Source: a virus. From it: a DNA stretch of 64,000 bases. A model generated the notes under the pieces. It was not told the origin of the DNA. It searched no databases and worked only from the letters and a program-made list of their open reading frames with translations. The stretch is taken from UHGV virus genome UHGV-0212524; one strand, given 5' to 3'. Shown piece after piece: positions 63,460-64,000 of the stretch; the stretch's first letter is position 1; every line of letters begins with the position of its first letter. Both the position numbers and the translations under genes were made by a program.

Positions 63460-63965
63460 GCATCGTTGTAACCGATTGGTATAAAGGTATCACTAAGGCT
63501 ACCCAACTTACTGCCCAGGACGTATATAGCATCGTTCGTAGCAGTAGCGAAGACCAGATAAAGTCCGACGAAGACTTTGCAACGCGTCATGAGTTTTACG
63601 ATGCCCTTAAAACGGCTTTCGGTGATGACGAAGAAGAAGGTTTAGAGTTTGACTGGAACGTCAACCTTGCCTTGTTGTGGATTTGCGGATTACGTCCGAG
63701 TGTGAAAGACACGGAGCAAGGGAAAGTTCTGTTGTGGCACTACACCGGTAAATACAATCCAAACCAGGTCTTTAAAGAAGCGTATATGGAAGCCACTGTA
63801 GAGTTACAGAATCTGCTGTTGGGTGAGAACACCTACTGCCAGCGTAGCTTCCTGACGATTCTGGAGAAACTGGCGACTACGCACAAAATCTGGCGTCAGG
63901 CAGATGCCCCTGAACACATCTTCGTTCTGGAATTTGCCGTGATTCCAAACCAGCCGTTCTTTTAA
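63456..63965 (+). CDS. hypothetical acidic protein
   Basis: 169 aa; TTG start with AAGGAG RBS overlapping upstream stop; hairpin follows. Confidence 0.45.
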   Translation: MSIVVTDWYKGITKATQLTAQDVYSIVRSSSEDQIKSDEDFATRHEFYDALKTAFGDDEEEGLEFDWNVNLALLWICGLRPSVKDTEQGKVLLWHYTGKYNPNQVFKEAYMEATVELQNLLLGENTYCQRSFLTILEKLATTHKIWRQADAPEHIFVLEFAVIPNQPFF

Positions 63966-63970
63966 TACTT

Positions 63971-63996
63971 GCCCCTAATCCGATTGGATTAGGGGT
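63971..63996 (+). terminator. hairpin at window end
   Basis: CCCCTAATCC-GATT-GGATTAGGGG perfect hairpin after last CDS. Confidence 0.5.
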
Positions 63997-64000
63997 ACTT

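Noticed and set aside
1-64000. tRNA, rRNA, integrase/excisionase, transposase or CRISPR-Cas loci
   Set aside because: Intergenic regions were inspected by eye and contain terminator hairpins and promoter-like motifs but no cloverleaf-like tRNA candidates; no ORF showed recombinase or transposase motifs. A proper tRNA scan was not run.

Overview
This 64 kb window looks like a densely coded segment of a large virulent tailed dsDNA phage, probably of an enterobacterial host (inferred from a T2/S16-type gp38-like adhesin and a DUF1471-like gene). All calls rest on reading motifs in the supplied ORF translations by eye; no database search or HMM could be run. The most unusual element is a RiPP-like cassette at 27049..32516 (minus strand) sitting at the distal end of a tail-fiber operon: three tandem genes for Cys/Ser/Gly-rich peptides with conserved leaders, followed by two radical SAM enzymes (one with a SPASM-type Cys cluster) and three unknown proteins. 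Other content: (i) 1..3604, small plus-strand genes of unknown function; (ii) 3731..14370, an adhesin module with a 1488-aa long tail fiber carrying a C-terminal S74-like chaperone domain and two tandem gp38-like tip proteins; (iii) 14745..23176, small unknown genes with several paralog families and internal duplications; (iv) 23240..25105, a lysis module (GH108-type endolysin, M15-like peptidase); (v) 32582..47620 (minus), four fibre-like proteins of 401 to 1728 aa sharing an N-terminal module; (vi) 47688..63965, accessory genes including five consecutive signal-peptide proteins, a Rad50/SbcC-like ATPase, a GNAT-like protein, a macro-domain-like protein and a secreted lytic transglycosylase. 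A conserved promoter-like motif with stem-loop occurs four times, and about 19 hairpin terminators punctuate the operons. No tRNA, rRNA, CRISPR array, integrase or transposase was recognised by eye.
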